DNA of 64,000 nucleotides, taken from Deltaproteobacteria bacterium (GTDB lineage Bacteria; Desulfobacterota; Binatia; Binatales; Binataceae). The stretch covers positions 17,776-81,775 of the forward strand of contig JAKAVC010000138.1 in the NCBI GenBank assembly GCA_021817345.1, written 5' to 3'. Shown piece after piece: positions 11,155-20,907 of this stretch. The first letter of the stretch is position 1; each line of letters opens with the position of its first letter. The translations under genes were made by a program, and so were the position numbers. A model generated the notes under the pieces. That model was given only the letters and a program-made list of their open reading frames with translations, was not told the origin of the DNA and ran no database searches.

Positions 11155-12978
11155 TCATCCCAGGCGCTCGCGCAAGGCGTCGCGCAGGGCGGGAACAATC
11201 ACCGCCCAGTCGCAGACGAGGCCGAAGTCGGCGCGCTCGAAGATGAGCGCCTCGGGGTCGTTGTTGATCGCGACCACCGTTTCGGCCTTCTTCAGGCCCA
11301 CCGTATGGTTGGGCGCGCCGCGCACTCCGACCGTGATATAAAGCCGCGCGTCGAGCGCCTTGCCCGTCAGTCCCACCTGATGCTGGCGCGGAACCCATCC
11401 CGCGTCGGTGACGCGCCTGGTCGCGCAAATTCCGGCGCCGAGCACGCGCGCCAGTTCCTTGACCGCCTCGACGCCTTCGGGTCCGCCGACGCCCATGCCC
11501 ACACCGACAATCACTTCGGCGCCTTCCAGCCGCGCAACCGAGGTGTCGAGCAGCGGATGCTCGGCGACAAGCCGGCTGAGCGGCTTTTTGAGCACGAGCC
11601 TCACGGTTTCGATTTCGCCGCGGCGTTTGGGGTTCGGCTCGGCAAGTTCGAGCATCCCGGCCCGCACCGTCGCCATCTGCGGGTAGGTCTTCGACAGGAT
11701 CGGCGCGACGATATTTCCGCCGAAGGCCGGCTTAAGCGCGACCATCCGCTTCTCCCCGTCGATCTCAAGCCCGATCGCGTCGCCGGTAAGCCCGAGCCCA
11801 AGGCGCGCGGCGAGCCTCGGCGCCCAATCGCGGCCGCGCTCGCTCGCCGCAGCCAGCAGCGCCCACGGCCTGCGCTCCATGACCAGCGCCGCCATCGCTT
11901 CGGCAGCGGCCTCGGGCGTGTAGGTTTCGAGTTCGGGGCTTTCGAGCGCGATTATCCGGTCCGCGCCGTAGCTGGAAAGAAGGTCCGCGTGCCGCACAAG
12001 CAAGCCGGACAATCCCACCGCGACGAGCGCGCCGCCCGTTGCGCTCGCGAGCTGGTCGCCGCGCGAAAGCATCTCCAGCGTGGTTCGGGTGATTGCCCCG
12101 TTGAGATCGGTTTCGACCGCAACCCATACGCCGCTCCCGCTGAGCGGTTTGCGTATCGCGGATGAAATCGCGCGGCGTTCGCGCGCGCGTGGTTTGAGCG
12201 CGCCGGCGCGGTCAAGATGCTCTATCAGCTCGCGCGCCGCGCGCTCGGGATCGCTCGGATCGATATGGCGGCATCGGGCTTTCGGCGTTTCGACCACGCG
12301 GATTTCCGAAACCCAGGTCGGCGAGCCCGCGAAGCCCAGCTCCGACGGCTCAAGTCCGAGAGCGTTTGCCGCAACCTTCTCGACGGTTTTCGATTTCGCG
12401 CGCTCGGCCGCTTCCGCCTTGACCTTTATCGGCTGTGCGACGCGTTCCGCGCAGGTCAGCACCGCGGGCATCGCGGCCTCGATTTCCTCGTATCCTTCGT
12501 CGCTCTCGCGCTCGGCGCGCAGCACTCGTCCGTCGATATCGAGCTTCCTTACGCCGGTTATCTGCGCGACACCGAGCAGTTCCGCAAGCTCGGGGCCGAC
12601 CTGTCCGGTTTCCGCGTCGAGCGAGTATTTGCCGAGCAGGACGAGATCGAAACCGCCCTTCTTGAGCCATGCGGCGAGAGAGCGCGCGGTTGCCAGTGTG
12701 TCCGAGCCGGCAAACGCCGGGTCCGTCAGATGCACCGCGCGGTCCATTCCCATCGCGAGCGCATCCCTGAGCGCCTGTTCCGCCTGCGGCGGTCCCATCG
12801 TGACAACCGTCGTCTCGGCGCCGAGCCGGTCCTTCAGTTGCGCGGCGCGCGAAAGCGCGCGCAGGTCGAAGGCGCTAATCACGTTGGGACCGCCGCGACG
12901 GATAGTCCTGGTTTCGGGATCGAAATTGGCTTCCTCGATAAGCGGAATTTGCTTGATACAGACGGCGATTTTGAGCAC
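11155..12978 (-). CDS. Fused electron transfer flavoprotein beta+alpha
   Basis: Beta motifs VCIKQIP, FAGSDTLATA, DAETGQVG followed in frame by alpha motifs PAFGGN, QVGLTGK, AINNDPEA; probable GTG start 12978. Confidence 0.9.
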   Translation of the reverse strand: MLKIAVCIKQIPLIEEANFDPETRTIRRGGPNVISAFDLRALSRAAQLKDRLGAETTVVTMGPPQAEQALRDALAMGMDRAVHLTDPAFAGSDTLATARSLAAWLKKGGFDLVLLGKYSLDAETGQVGPELAELLGVAQITGVRKLDIDGRVLRAERESDEGYEEIEAAMPAVLTCAERVAQPIKVKAEAAERAKSKTVEKVAANALGLEPSELGFAGSPTWVSEIRVVETPKARCRHIDPSDPERAARELIEHLDRAGALKPRARERRAISSAIRKPLSGSGVWVAVETDLNGAITRTTLEMLSRGDQLASATGGALVAVGLSGLLVRHADLLSSYGADRIIALESPELETYTPEAAAEAMAALVMERRPWALLAAASERGRDWAPRLAARLGLGLTGDAIGLEIDGEKRMVALKPAFGGNIVAPILSKTYPQMATVRAGMLELAEPNPKRRGEIETVRLVLKKPLSRLVAEHPLLDTSVARLEGAEVIVGVGMGVGGPEGVEAVKELARVLGAGICATRRVTDAGWVPRQHQVGLTGKALDARLYITVGVRGAPNHTVGLKKAETVVAINNDPEALIFERADFGLVCDWAVIVPALRDALRERLG

Positions 12979-13093
12979 GAATAAACTCCCGGACTTCACC
13001 GGGAAGGCTAACCGAGCGCGGCACGACTATGCAATAAAGTTTCCTCGGGGTTAGCCTTTAAGAACGGTGCCTGGATAGGCTAGTTTTCGCGAT

Positions 13094-14038
13094 ATGGGAT
13101 TGAGGCCGCTTCTTGTCCTTATTTGTGCGATGGCGGCGCTTGGCGCGGCTGCGATTTCGCCCGTGGCGGGTGCGCATGGGGCGGAAAATGCTTCGAGCAG
13201 CCGCGCGCGTATTGTCTCGCTTGCGCCGTCAGTCACGGAGACTCTTTTCGCAGTCGGCGCGGGCAAGGACGTGGTCGGAGTTTCCGAGTTCGACGACTAT
13301 CCGCCCGCGGTCCGAAAGCTCCCGCGAGTCGGCACTTTTCTCACTCCCAATGTCGAGGCGATCGCCGCGCTTCGTCCCACGCTTGTCATCGGTCTTGCCA
13401 ACTCGGCCAACCAGCGCGAAGTCCATGCGTTAAGCGAGATGGGCTATCCGACGCTGATGGTCAAGGAAAATTCAATCGCCGAAATCGAGCACAGCATCAC
13501 GGTCATCGGGGAGCGAACCGGGCATCCGCGCCGAGCGAACAAGGTGGTCGCCGCAATCCAGGCGCGGATAAACAAGGTCCGCAAGCTGATGAGCCGCGTG
13601 ATCGATCGGCGCGTTCTGATGCTGGTCGGGCATGAGCCGATGGTCGCGGTGGGACACGGCACGTTTCTCGGCCAACTGCTGGCGCTGGCGCACGGAACCA
13701 ATATCGCCGACGGCCTTCCCGGTTCATGGCCGCGGGTCAGCATCGAGTACGTAATCGCGAAGAAACCGCAGGTGATACTCGACGGGCAGATGGGAACCGA
13801 CACGTCCACGCTCGGTGATTTCTGGTCCCGGTTTCAGATCATTCCCGCCGTACGCGAGCATCGCGTTCACGGCTACCCGACCGATCCCACGCTGACCCCC
13901 GGTCCGCGTATCGGCCAGACGCTCATGACGCTCGTACGGCTGATCCATCCCGAGGCCTTCGCAAGCGGCGTCGTCACCGCCGAGAAAGCGCGATCCACAC
14001 CCGCGGAGATTGCGACTGCGTCGGATTTCGCGCGATGA
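13094..14038 (+). CDS. Cobalamin/iron-chelate ABC substrate-binding protein (BtuF-like)
   Basis: Signal peptide, RIVSLAPSVTETLFAVG, VGVSEFDDYP, PNVEAIAALRP, PGPRI. Confidence 0.85.
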   Translation: MGLRPLLVLICAMAALGAAAISPVAGAHGAENASSSRARIVSLAPSVTETLFAVGAGKDVVGVSEFDDYPPAVRKLPRVGTFLTPNVEAIAALRPTLVIGLANSANQREVHALSEMGYPTLMVKENSIAEIEHSITVIGERTGHPRRANKVVAAIQARINKVRKLMSRVIDRRVLMLVGHEPMVAVGHGTFLGQLLALAHGTNIADGLPGSWPRVSIEYVIAKKPQVILDGQMGTDTSTLGDFWSRFQIIPAVREHRVHGYPTDPTLTPGPRIGQTLMTLVRLIHPEAFASGVVTAEKARSTPAEIATASDFAR

Positions 14039-15141
14039 GCGCCGCGAAATTCCCGCCCCACACCAGCGCTCCAGGGGTCGCGCATGAAGCGCAAGCCGGC
14101 GCCGAGGCGTGCCGCGACCTCGAAGCGCTCGCGGGCGCATTCCTTACGCCCGGCCGCGCGGCCGTGCGGCTTGCGATTCTCGGCGCGGCGGTTGTCGTCG
14201 CGGCGGCGGCGGGATGCGTCTTCGGAGGCGTACATATAAGCCTGCTGCGCGCGCTCACCGATCCTGCCGGCACCGACCACGCAATCCTGTTCGACGCGCG
14301 CCTTCCGCGGGTGCTGATGGGAATCGCGGTCGGAGCGATTCTCGCGTCGGTCGGCGCCGCCCTTCAGGCGTTGGTGCGCAATCCGCTCGCCGAGGGCGGA
14401 ATCCTCGGCATCTCCGGCGGCGGCGCGCTCGGCGCAATCGTCGCGATGATCGTCTTTTCGCAAACCCGGTTCGCCGACGAGACGGTTCCGCTCGCGGCCT
14501 TCGCGATGGCGCTCGGCGCGACGCTCGCGGTCTATCGGCTCGCGCTGGTCGAGGGCCAGCTCGAGCCGTTCACGCTGTTGCTGGTCGGAGTGATCTTCAA
14601 CGCCTTCTGGGGCGCCGCGATCATGATCGTCAACAGCGTGGTGAATTTCTATTACGCGCACAGCATCCTGTTCTGGCTGATAGGAAGCCTCGAAGCGCCG
14701 AGCTACCGCGAGGTCGCGATCGTAAGCGCGCTCGGCCTTGCGGGCTTCGCCGTCCTGATGACGCGCGCGCGGGACATGAACCTGCTGAGCCTCGGCGATG
14801 AGAGCGCCGCCGAACTCGGCGTGGAGCTTCATGCGGTGCGGCGCGCCATCTTCCTTGCGACCTCGGTGATGATCGGCGCGGCGGTCTCGGTCAGCGGGAT
14901 CATCTCGTTCGTGGGCCTGATCGTGCCGCACGTTCTGCGCCTTGCCTTCGGCGCCGACCATCGCCTGCTCCTGCCCGCCTCGCTGCTGGGCGGCGCGGCC
15001 TTCATGGTGATCGCGGATTTGGTCGCGCGCTCGGCGATCGCTCCCGCGGAGCTTCCGGTCGGCGCGATAACGGCGCTCTGCGGAGGTCCGTTCTTCATCT
15101 ATATGCTCAGGCGCGAAGGCCGAAGACCGCTGGTTTCATGA
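14035..15141 (+). CDS. FecCD/BtuC-type ABC permease
   Basis: RLPRVL, RNPLAE, GIISFVGLIVPH, ELPVGAITA. Confidence 0.92.
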   Translation: MSAAKFPPHTSAPGVAHEAQAGAEACRDLEALAGAFLTPGRAAVRLAILGAAVVVAAAAGCVFGGVHISLLRALTDPAGTDHAILFDARLPRVLMGIAVGAILASVGAALQALVRNPLAEGGILGISGGGALGAIVAMIVFSQTRFADETVPLAAFAMALGATLAVYRLALVEGQLEPFTLLLVGVIFNAFWGAAIMIVNSVVNFYYAHSILFWLIGSLEAPSYREVAIVSALGLAGFAVLMTRARDMNLLSLGDESAAELGVELHAVRRAIFLATSVMIGAAVSVSGIISFVGLIVPHVLRLAFGADHRLLLPASLLGGAAFMVIADLVARSAIAPAELPVGAITALCGGPFFIYMLRREGRRPLVS

Positions 15142-15947
15142 GCGATACGTTCACGGATGACGGCCGGCCCGCGTTGGAGGGGCGCGATATCACGGCCGGC
15201 TATGGAGCGTCCGACGCGCTTAACGGCGTCTCAATCGAGGTCGCACCGGGCGAGCTGGTGGCGATCGTCGGGCCGAACGGAGCCGGGAAATCCACGCTGC
15301 TCAGGGTCCTCGGCGGGACGCTCAGGGCGCGCCGTGGCGACGTCAGGCTGTTTGGCCGGGCGCTGGGATCGTATGAGCGGCGCGCGCTGGCGCGGCTGGT
15401 CGCGGTGGTGGCGCAGGAAAGCGCGGTCGCTTTCCCGTTCACGGTCATGGAGGTGGTCCTGATGGGCCGCGCGCCTCATCTTGGACCGTTTCGTTTCGAG
15501 AGCCGGCGCGATCTTGCGATTGCCCACGCGGCGCTCAAGCGCTTTGACCTGCTGGAGCTGGCTGGCCGCCCGCTCCATGAACTCTCGGGCGGTGAGCGCA
15601 AGCGGGTTTTCCTTGCGCGGGCGATTGCGCAGGAACCAAGAGTGCTGCTGCTTGACGAACCGACCGCCTTTCTCGACATGAAGCACGTTTCGGACATATT
15701 CCTGCGCTTTCGCGAACTCTGCGCGGGGCATCGGATGGCCGCGATCGCGACCCTGCATGATCTCAACGCCGCGGCCGCGTATGCCGACCGGATCCTGCTG
15801 ATGAAGGACGGCCGGACGGTCGCCTACGGCAACCCCGAGTCGGTACTGAGCGAGGACAATCTTCGCCACGTTTACGAAACCCAGGTCTATGTGGGACGAA
15901 ACCCCGCAACCGGAACGATCGCGATATTTCCGGGGCGCGCGTCCTGA
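15138..15947 (+). CDS. Iron-chelate/cobalamin ABC ATP-binding protein
   Basis: GPNGAGKST, LSGGE, LLLDEPT, LHDLN. Confidence 0.92.
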   Translation: MSDTFTDDGRPALEGRDITAGYGASDALNGVSIEVAPGELVAIVGPNGAGKSTLLRVLGGTLRARRGDVRLFGRALGSYERRALARLVAVVAQESAVAFPFTVMEVVLMGRAPHLGPFRFESRRDLAIAHAALKRFDLLELAGRPLHELSGGERKRVFLARAIAQEPRVLLLDEPTAFLDMKHVSDIFLRFRELCAGHRMAAIATLHDLNAAAAYADRILLMKDGRTVAYGNPESVLSEDNLRHVYETQVYVGRNPATGTIAIFPGRAS

Positions 15948-16005
15948 CAACCTCGAGCGTGCCGCGTTGCCCGGTTGCTCGCATCCGGCTACGCTGTGTG
16001 GGACA

Positions 16006-16713
16006 ATGGTTTTTCGCGACGGGGCTTCGCTGAATCTGATCTTCGACGCCGACGACACGCTCTGGGATTCCAATATCCACTTTCTCGAAGCGTTCGAACA
16101 GTTCGTCGAGGCGGCTACGCGCCTTCATCGGCGGCTCGACCGCGCACAAGTGAAAAGTCTTTTCCGCGAAATCGAACTCGAATTGATCCAGACCCACGGC
16201 TACGGGCGCGGCCCCTATTTGATCGCGCTGGAACGCGCGGCCGAGCGGATCGCGTCGGCAGACACGCACGCCGAGCTTCGCGCCCGCGCGCGGGAGATAG
16301 GCGCGCGGCTGCTCGAACGGCGTTGCGAGCTTTTACCGGGAGTCGAGGAGACGCTGCGCGAACTTTCGCGCCGCCACGTGCTGATGCTTTTCACCAAGGG
16401 TGCGCGCGACGAACAGATTGAAAAACTTGAGCGCTCGGGCCTTGCACCGCTCTTCAGCCGGGTTGAAACTCCGCGCGAAAAGGACGTCGACGCCTACCGG
16501 CGCCTGATTGCCCAGGCGCGCCTCGCAACCGAGCGCACCTTCATGATCGGCAACAGCCCGCGCTCCGATATCAACCCCGCGCTGCGCGCAGGCTTGCGCG
16601 CGGTGTATATCCCCCACCCGCATACGTGGGAACTGGAGCATGAAGAACTGATTCCGGCCGAGGGAAGATTCGTCGAACTCGGCGATTTCCGGGATTTGCT
16701 GGACATGTTCTAG
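16006..16713 (+). CDS. HAD-superfamily hydrolase
   Basis: IFDADDTLW, TKG, MIGNSPRSDINPA. Confidence 0.85.
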   Translation: MVFRDGASLNLIFDADDTLWDSNIHFLEAFEQFVEAATRLHRRLDRAQVKSLFREIELELIQTHGYGRGPYLIALERAAERIASADTHAELRARAREIGARLLERRCELLPGVEETLRELSRRHVLMLFTKGARDEQIEKLERSGLAPLFSRVETPREKDVDAYRRLIAQARLATERTFMIGNSPRSDINPALRAGLRAVYIPHPHTWELEHEELIPAEGRFVELGDFRDLLDMF

Positions 16714-16725
16714 AATCTGAGGCTT

Positions 16726-17712
16726 ATGATTGGGCAATCAGTAACCGCGCCCCTTCCCGCCGAACCACTGCCGGGCAACCGTCCGCTCGCAAAGCCGCCC
16801 CTGCCGCTTCGCCCGCTCCATCGCCTGTGGCGGCGCACGATCGACGATATCGAATTCTCCCGCATCCGGCTGCCGGTGCGGGCGTTGCCGGCCGCGCTCG
16901 AAGGCATGACCGCCTGCCAGATAAGCGACTTCCACGTTGACCGCGACGAAGACCTGGAGCGGCTTTGTGCCGCCGTCGAATTGATAAACGCGGAGAACCC
17001 GGATTTCGTCTTTCTTACCGGCGATTACTTCTCCGGACGCGAGACGATGACGCGCTATCTCGCCGCGACGCGCGACGCTCTCGCGCGGCTGAGCCCGCGC
17101 CTTGGAGTTTTCGCGGTTACCGGAAACCACGACCATTGGGCCTCGGTCGATCGGATCGCCGTAGCGCTGGAGCAGGCTGGCGCGGTGGTGCTCGCAAACT
17201 CCAGCCGAAGGATTTCGGTACACGGCGAGCAGCTTGTGATCGTCGGAATCGACGACTTGTGGTCGCACCGAGCCGAGCCGGGACGCGCCTTCAGCAATGT
17301 CGGCCCCAACGACTGCACCCTTGTGCTGGCGCACAACCCCGACACCGCGCTCTACGCGCATCATCTGCGGCCCGGCGCGATGCTCTGCGGGCACACCCAC
17401 GGCGGCGTCGTCCGCATCCCGCTCTACGGCTCGCCGCTGCGCTCGATTCTCCGAATCGGCAAGCGGTTTTACGCGGGACTCAATCCGTACGCCGGCTTCT
17501 ACATCTATACCAACCGCGGTCTTGGCACCTTCCTTGTGCGCATCCGTATCAACTGCCGGCCCGAGGTGTCATGCTTCAGCCTGGCAACCATGGCTGAAAA
17601 CGAACCTGGCGCGGATTCCTACGCGCACAAGCGCAAAACCGTCGCGCTCAAACCGAGGCCGCACCGCAGGCTGGCGCGCCGCGCGCGACCGCGCCGATTC
17701 GCGCGGCCCTGA
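16726..17712 (+). CDS. Metallophosphoesterase (YkuE/YaeI-like)
   Basis: SDFH, TGD, GNHD, AHNPD, GHTHGG. Confidence 0.88.
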   Translation: MIGQSVTAPLPAEPLPGNRPLAKPPLPLRPLHRLWRRTIDDIEFSRIRLPVRALPAALEGMTACQISDFHVDRDEDLERLCAAVELINAENPDFVFLTGDYFSGRETMTRYLAATRDALARLSPRLGVFAVTGNHDHWASVDRIAVALEQAGAVVLANSSRRISVHGEQLVIVGIDDLWSHRAEPGRAFSNVGPNDCTLVLAHNPDTALYAHHLRPGAMLCGHTHGGVVRIPLYGSPLRSILRIGKRFYAGLNPYAGFYIYTNRGLGTFLVRIRINCRPEVSCFSLATMAENEPGADSYAHKRKTVALKPRPHRRLARRARPRRFARP

Positions 17713-17720
17713 CGTCCGCG

Positions 17721-19094
17721 ATGCTTGACCTGGCCGTAATCGGCGCGCGGGCGGTGACGCCTTCCGGCACGAAGCCGGCCGATATCGGCGTCAGGGACGG
17801 CCTCATCGCAAGGGTAGCGGCGCCGGGCACGCTCGAAGACGCCGCGCGCACTATCGACGCTCGCGGGACGTTTCTTCTGCCGGGCGCGCTCGATCCGCAC
17901 ACTCATCTTGACGCCGAGATGTTCGGTTCGCGCACGGCTGACGATTTCGAGTCGGGCACCGTCGCGGCGGCGGCCGGCGGGGTCACAACCATCGTCGATT
18001 ACGCGTTCCAGCCCGAAGGCGGCTCGCTCGCCGAGGCGGTTTCGCGATGGGACGAAAAGGCGCGCGGACGGGCGATAATCGACTACGCATTCCACGTCGC
18101 AATCCTCGATCCGAGCGCGCCGGCCGTGGCAGAGATCGGGCGGATGGTCGAGCGCGGCGTCACCAGCTTCAAGATCTTCATGATGCGCGGATTCGAGGAG
18201 CGGGCGCGCGATTTCCTTCGTGCGTTCGCGGCCGCGGCCGAAGCGGGCGGCCTGCTCACGATCCATGCCGAAGACCAGCACCTTATCGGCTACTGCACGG
18301 AGAGGCTGCTCTCGTCGGGACGCAATGGAGTCGCGCACTTCGCCGCGAGCCGTCCGCCGCTTTCCGAAGCCGCCGCGGTTGCGCGCGCGCTCAAGATGAC
18401 CGAGCTGACGGGAGCCGTGGCGTATTTCGTGCACCTGTCCAGCGCGGCGGCGCTCCATGAAATCCGGCGCGCCCGCGCCGAAGGACGCAAGGTCCTCGCT
18501 GAAACGCGCCCCATCTATCTCTATCTCAGCGAAGAAAAATTCCTCGAACCCGGCGGCGAGCGCTACGTCGGATATCCTCCGCTTCGAAGCCGCGACGATA
18601 TCGAAGCGCTGTGGGAAGCGATGGCCGACGGCACGGTCGACGTGGTCGCGACCGACCATTGCAGTTGGACCAGCGAGCGGAAAACCGCCGACCGCTTCAC
18701 GCGAATTCCGCCCGGAGTGTCGAACCTGGAAACTTTGGTTCCGATGCTCTACTCCGAGGGAGTCGCGAAAGGCCGGATAACGCTGGAGCGGATGGTGGAA
18801 CTGGTCGCGTCTAACCCGGCGCGAATTTTTGGGCTTTATCCGCGCAAGGGTGCGATAATCGAAGGCGCGGACGCCGACCTCGTGGTCTTCGATCCGCGTG
18901 CGAAGGTTGTGATTCGCGCCGCCGAAATGCATTCGCGCGCCGACTACGATCCATTCGAAGGTTCCGAGGTCACGGGATGGCCGAGGGTCACGATCTCGCG
19001 GGGCGAGATTATCGTGGCCGAGCGCGAATCCCGCGCGCGTCCGGGCCGCGGGAAATTCCTGGTGCGCGCGCCTTTTTCCGAAACCCGTTCTTGA
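17721..19094 (+). CDS. Dihydropyrimidinase / D-hydantoinase-like cyclic amidohydrolase
   Basis: DPHTH, GGVTTIVD, SFKIFM, IHAED, VHLS, ATDHC, GLYPRKG, GADAD. Confidence 0.88.
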   Translation: MLDLAVIGARAVTPSGTKPADIGVRDGLIARVAAPGTLEDAARTIDARGTFLLPGALDPHTHLDAEMFGSRTADDFESGTVAAAAGGVTTIVDYAFQPEGGSLAEAVSRWDEKARGRAIIDYAFHVAILDPSAPAVAEIGRMVERGVTSFKIFMMRGFEERARDFLRAFAAAAEAGGLLTIHAEDQHLIGYCTERLLSSGRNGVAHFAASRPPLSEAAAVARALKMTELTGAVAYFVHLSSAAALHEIRRARAEGRKVLAETRPIYLYLSEEKFLEPGGERYVGYPPLRSRDDIEALWEAMADGTVDVVATDHCSWTSERKTADRFTRIPPGVSNLETLVPMLYSEGVAKGRITLERMVELVASNPARIFGLYPRKGAIIEGADADLVVFDPRAKVVIRAAEMHSRADYDPFEGSEVTGWPRVTISRGEIIVAERESRARPGRGKFLVRAPFSETRS

Positions 19095-19168
19095 ATCGCG
19101 CCACGTCCGGCGCATCGTCCGCGATTCGCGCGGTGCGAGGCCGGTTTCGCCGGAGGCTTGCGAAAACG

Positions 19169-20077
19169 ATGGGACAAAAAACGGTTGTCATTGCGGGCGG
19201 CTCAGGATTTATCGGACGGGCGATAATTCGCCGGCTCGCCGCCGCGCAAGGATGGTCTATCCGCGGATTAAGCCGCTTTCCCGAGCGAGCGCGAAAGCGC
19301 CTGTCCCTGCCGGGCGTTGAGTTCGCCCAAGCCGAAGTCACCGAACCATCATCGCTTGCGCCCGCCCTGAAAGACGCAAGCGCCGTCGTCAACGCGGTCC
19401 AGTTTGAAGGCTATCCGATTGAGGATCCGGCGCGCGGGCTTACCTTCGAGAGCGTCGATTACCGCGGAACGCTCGCACTGCTCGAGGCCGCGAAAGCCGC
19501 TCGCGCCGAGCGCTTCATCTACATCAGCGGCGTCTCCGCGGACGAAACCTCGCCTCATCCGGGCTTTCGCGCCAAGGGGATGGCGGAGCGCGCGATTCGC
19601 GAATCCGGACTGGATTACACGATTTTCCGGCCGTCGCTCGTCTATGGACCCGAAGACAAGGTGATAAACAATATCGCGAAGGCGCTTCGCTTTGTGCCGA
19701 TATTCGCGGTCCCCGGCACGGGAAAACAGAAGCTTCAACCGGTCATGGTTGACGACCTTGCGGCGTGCGTCGAACTGGCGCTTGCGGGCAAGGGTCGCAA
19801 CGGAACCTACGACGTCGGAGGGCCCGACGCGATGACCTTCGACGAACTGGTGGGCGTCGTGATGGAAGTGACGGGACGCCAGCGACCAATCGTTCACGTC
19901 CCGGAGGGACTGATGCGGCTTGCGGGCGCCGTGATGGAAAAGCTGCCGAAGCCGGTTCTCTCGCGCGACGCGGTAACGTTCGTCACCGCTGACAGCGTCT
20001 GCAATATCGAACCGCTGATGAAGGGATTCGGCATCCGGCTGACGCCGCTTCGCGAAGGTCTCGGCTACCTTGCCTGA
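19169..20077 (+). CDS. NAD(P)-dependent epimerase, complex I NDUFA9-like atypical SDR
   Basis: GGSGFIG, IFRPSLVYG, LQPV.VDDLA. Confidence 0.85.
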   Translation: MGQKTVVIAGGSGFIGRAIIRRLAAAQGWSIRGLSRFPERARKRLSLPGVEFAQAEVTEPSSLAPALKDASAVVNAVQFEGYPIEDPARGLTFESVDYRGTLALLEAAKAARAERFIYISGVSADETSPHPGFRAKGMAERAIRESGLDYTIFRPSLVYGPEDKVINNIAKALRFVPIFAVPGTGKQKLQPVMVDDLAACVELALAGKGRNGTYDVGGPDAMTFDELVGVVMEVTGRQRPIVHVPEGLMRLAGAVMEKLPKPVLSRDAVTFVTADSVCNIEPLMKGFGIRLTPLREGLGYLA

Positions 20078-20100
20078 GGGCTTGGGGATGTTTCGCTTCC

Positions 20101-20155
20101 GGCGGAAAAATTCCGCCAGAGTTCCCGACCGAACCGGGACTCCGGCTTCTTTCTA
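20101..20155 (+). terminator. Tandem hairpins with T-rich tail after the btu...SDR gene run
   Basis: GGCGGAA-aaa-TTCCGCC and GAGTTCCCG...CGGGACTC followed by CTTCTTTCT. Confidence 0.4.
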
Positions 20156-20309
20156 TGTAATCCGAAGCGCAACGAGTCCTGGCTAAAGCGATCCACGTGA
20201 CGGCCTCGCTCCTTAAATACCTGATCCGTGCCGGCGCCTGGTTGCCTGTCCGGTTCCGGTCTTGAGCGCAACGCTTGGAACGGATGCGTGGCGCCGGTAA
20301 ACAGTTTGC

Positions 20310-20567
20310 ATGCGATTTCGCTATGCGGCCGCGCTTGTGCTCCTCGGATGGTACCTGCTTATCCCGCCTCAGGCGCGCGGTGGCGGATTCGACCGCGCAG
20401 CGCCGCTCAGCCAATGGTTTCTCTACGGCCGCTTTGACTCCCTGCGCGAATGCGAGCACGCGAAAGCGCTAAACCAGGAAACCTTCAAGAACACGGACGA
20501 TCCCTTGAGGAAAGCCTTCGAGCAGGCCCAGTGCGTCGCGACCGACGACCCGCGTCTGTCGGGTTGA
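20310..20567 (+). CDS. Small exported/membrane-anchored protein with two Cys
   Basis: 85 aa; hydrophobic N-terminus AAALVLLGWYLLIPP, APLSQW, FDSLREC, QCVATDDPRL. Confidence 0.75.
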   Translation: MRFRYAAALVLLGWYLLIPPQARGGGFDRAAPLSQWFLYGRFDSLRECEHAKALNQETFKNTDDPLRKAFEQAQCVATDDPRLSG

Positions 20568-20907
20568 GCGTTCCGTTGTTCCCGCGGTCGGGCTTCGTCC
20601 TCGGGCAGAGGAGTCGTCTCCCGGCCCGACGCGCTCACGGGGTTTTGTGCACCCAAGCGGCTTTGGTTGACGGTGTGGGGCCGCGGCAATCAGCAATTAC
20701 GCTCAACCGGCGGCATTGTCGTTCACCGCTGCCTCGAACAAATTTGAACCGGCGATCGCCATAGCGGCCGCGACCTCTGGCCTCAGTAGCTGGCGAGAGC
20801 CTCGAGCAACCATATGCGTCGCGCCGGAGCGCGCTTCCATATCGTGAGAGGTGAGAGGTATCTTTTTTTGGAAAACCTAGGCCAGGTCAAAGGAGCGAAC
20901 AACGTCC

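Noticed and set aside
12979-13093. Cobalamin riboswitch before the Btu-like operon
   Set aside because: Region too short and no B12-box-like sequence recognised
20156-20309. Possible structured RNA (6S-like)
   Set aside because: No recognisable conserved motif or typical gene context
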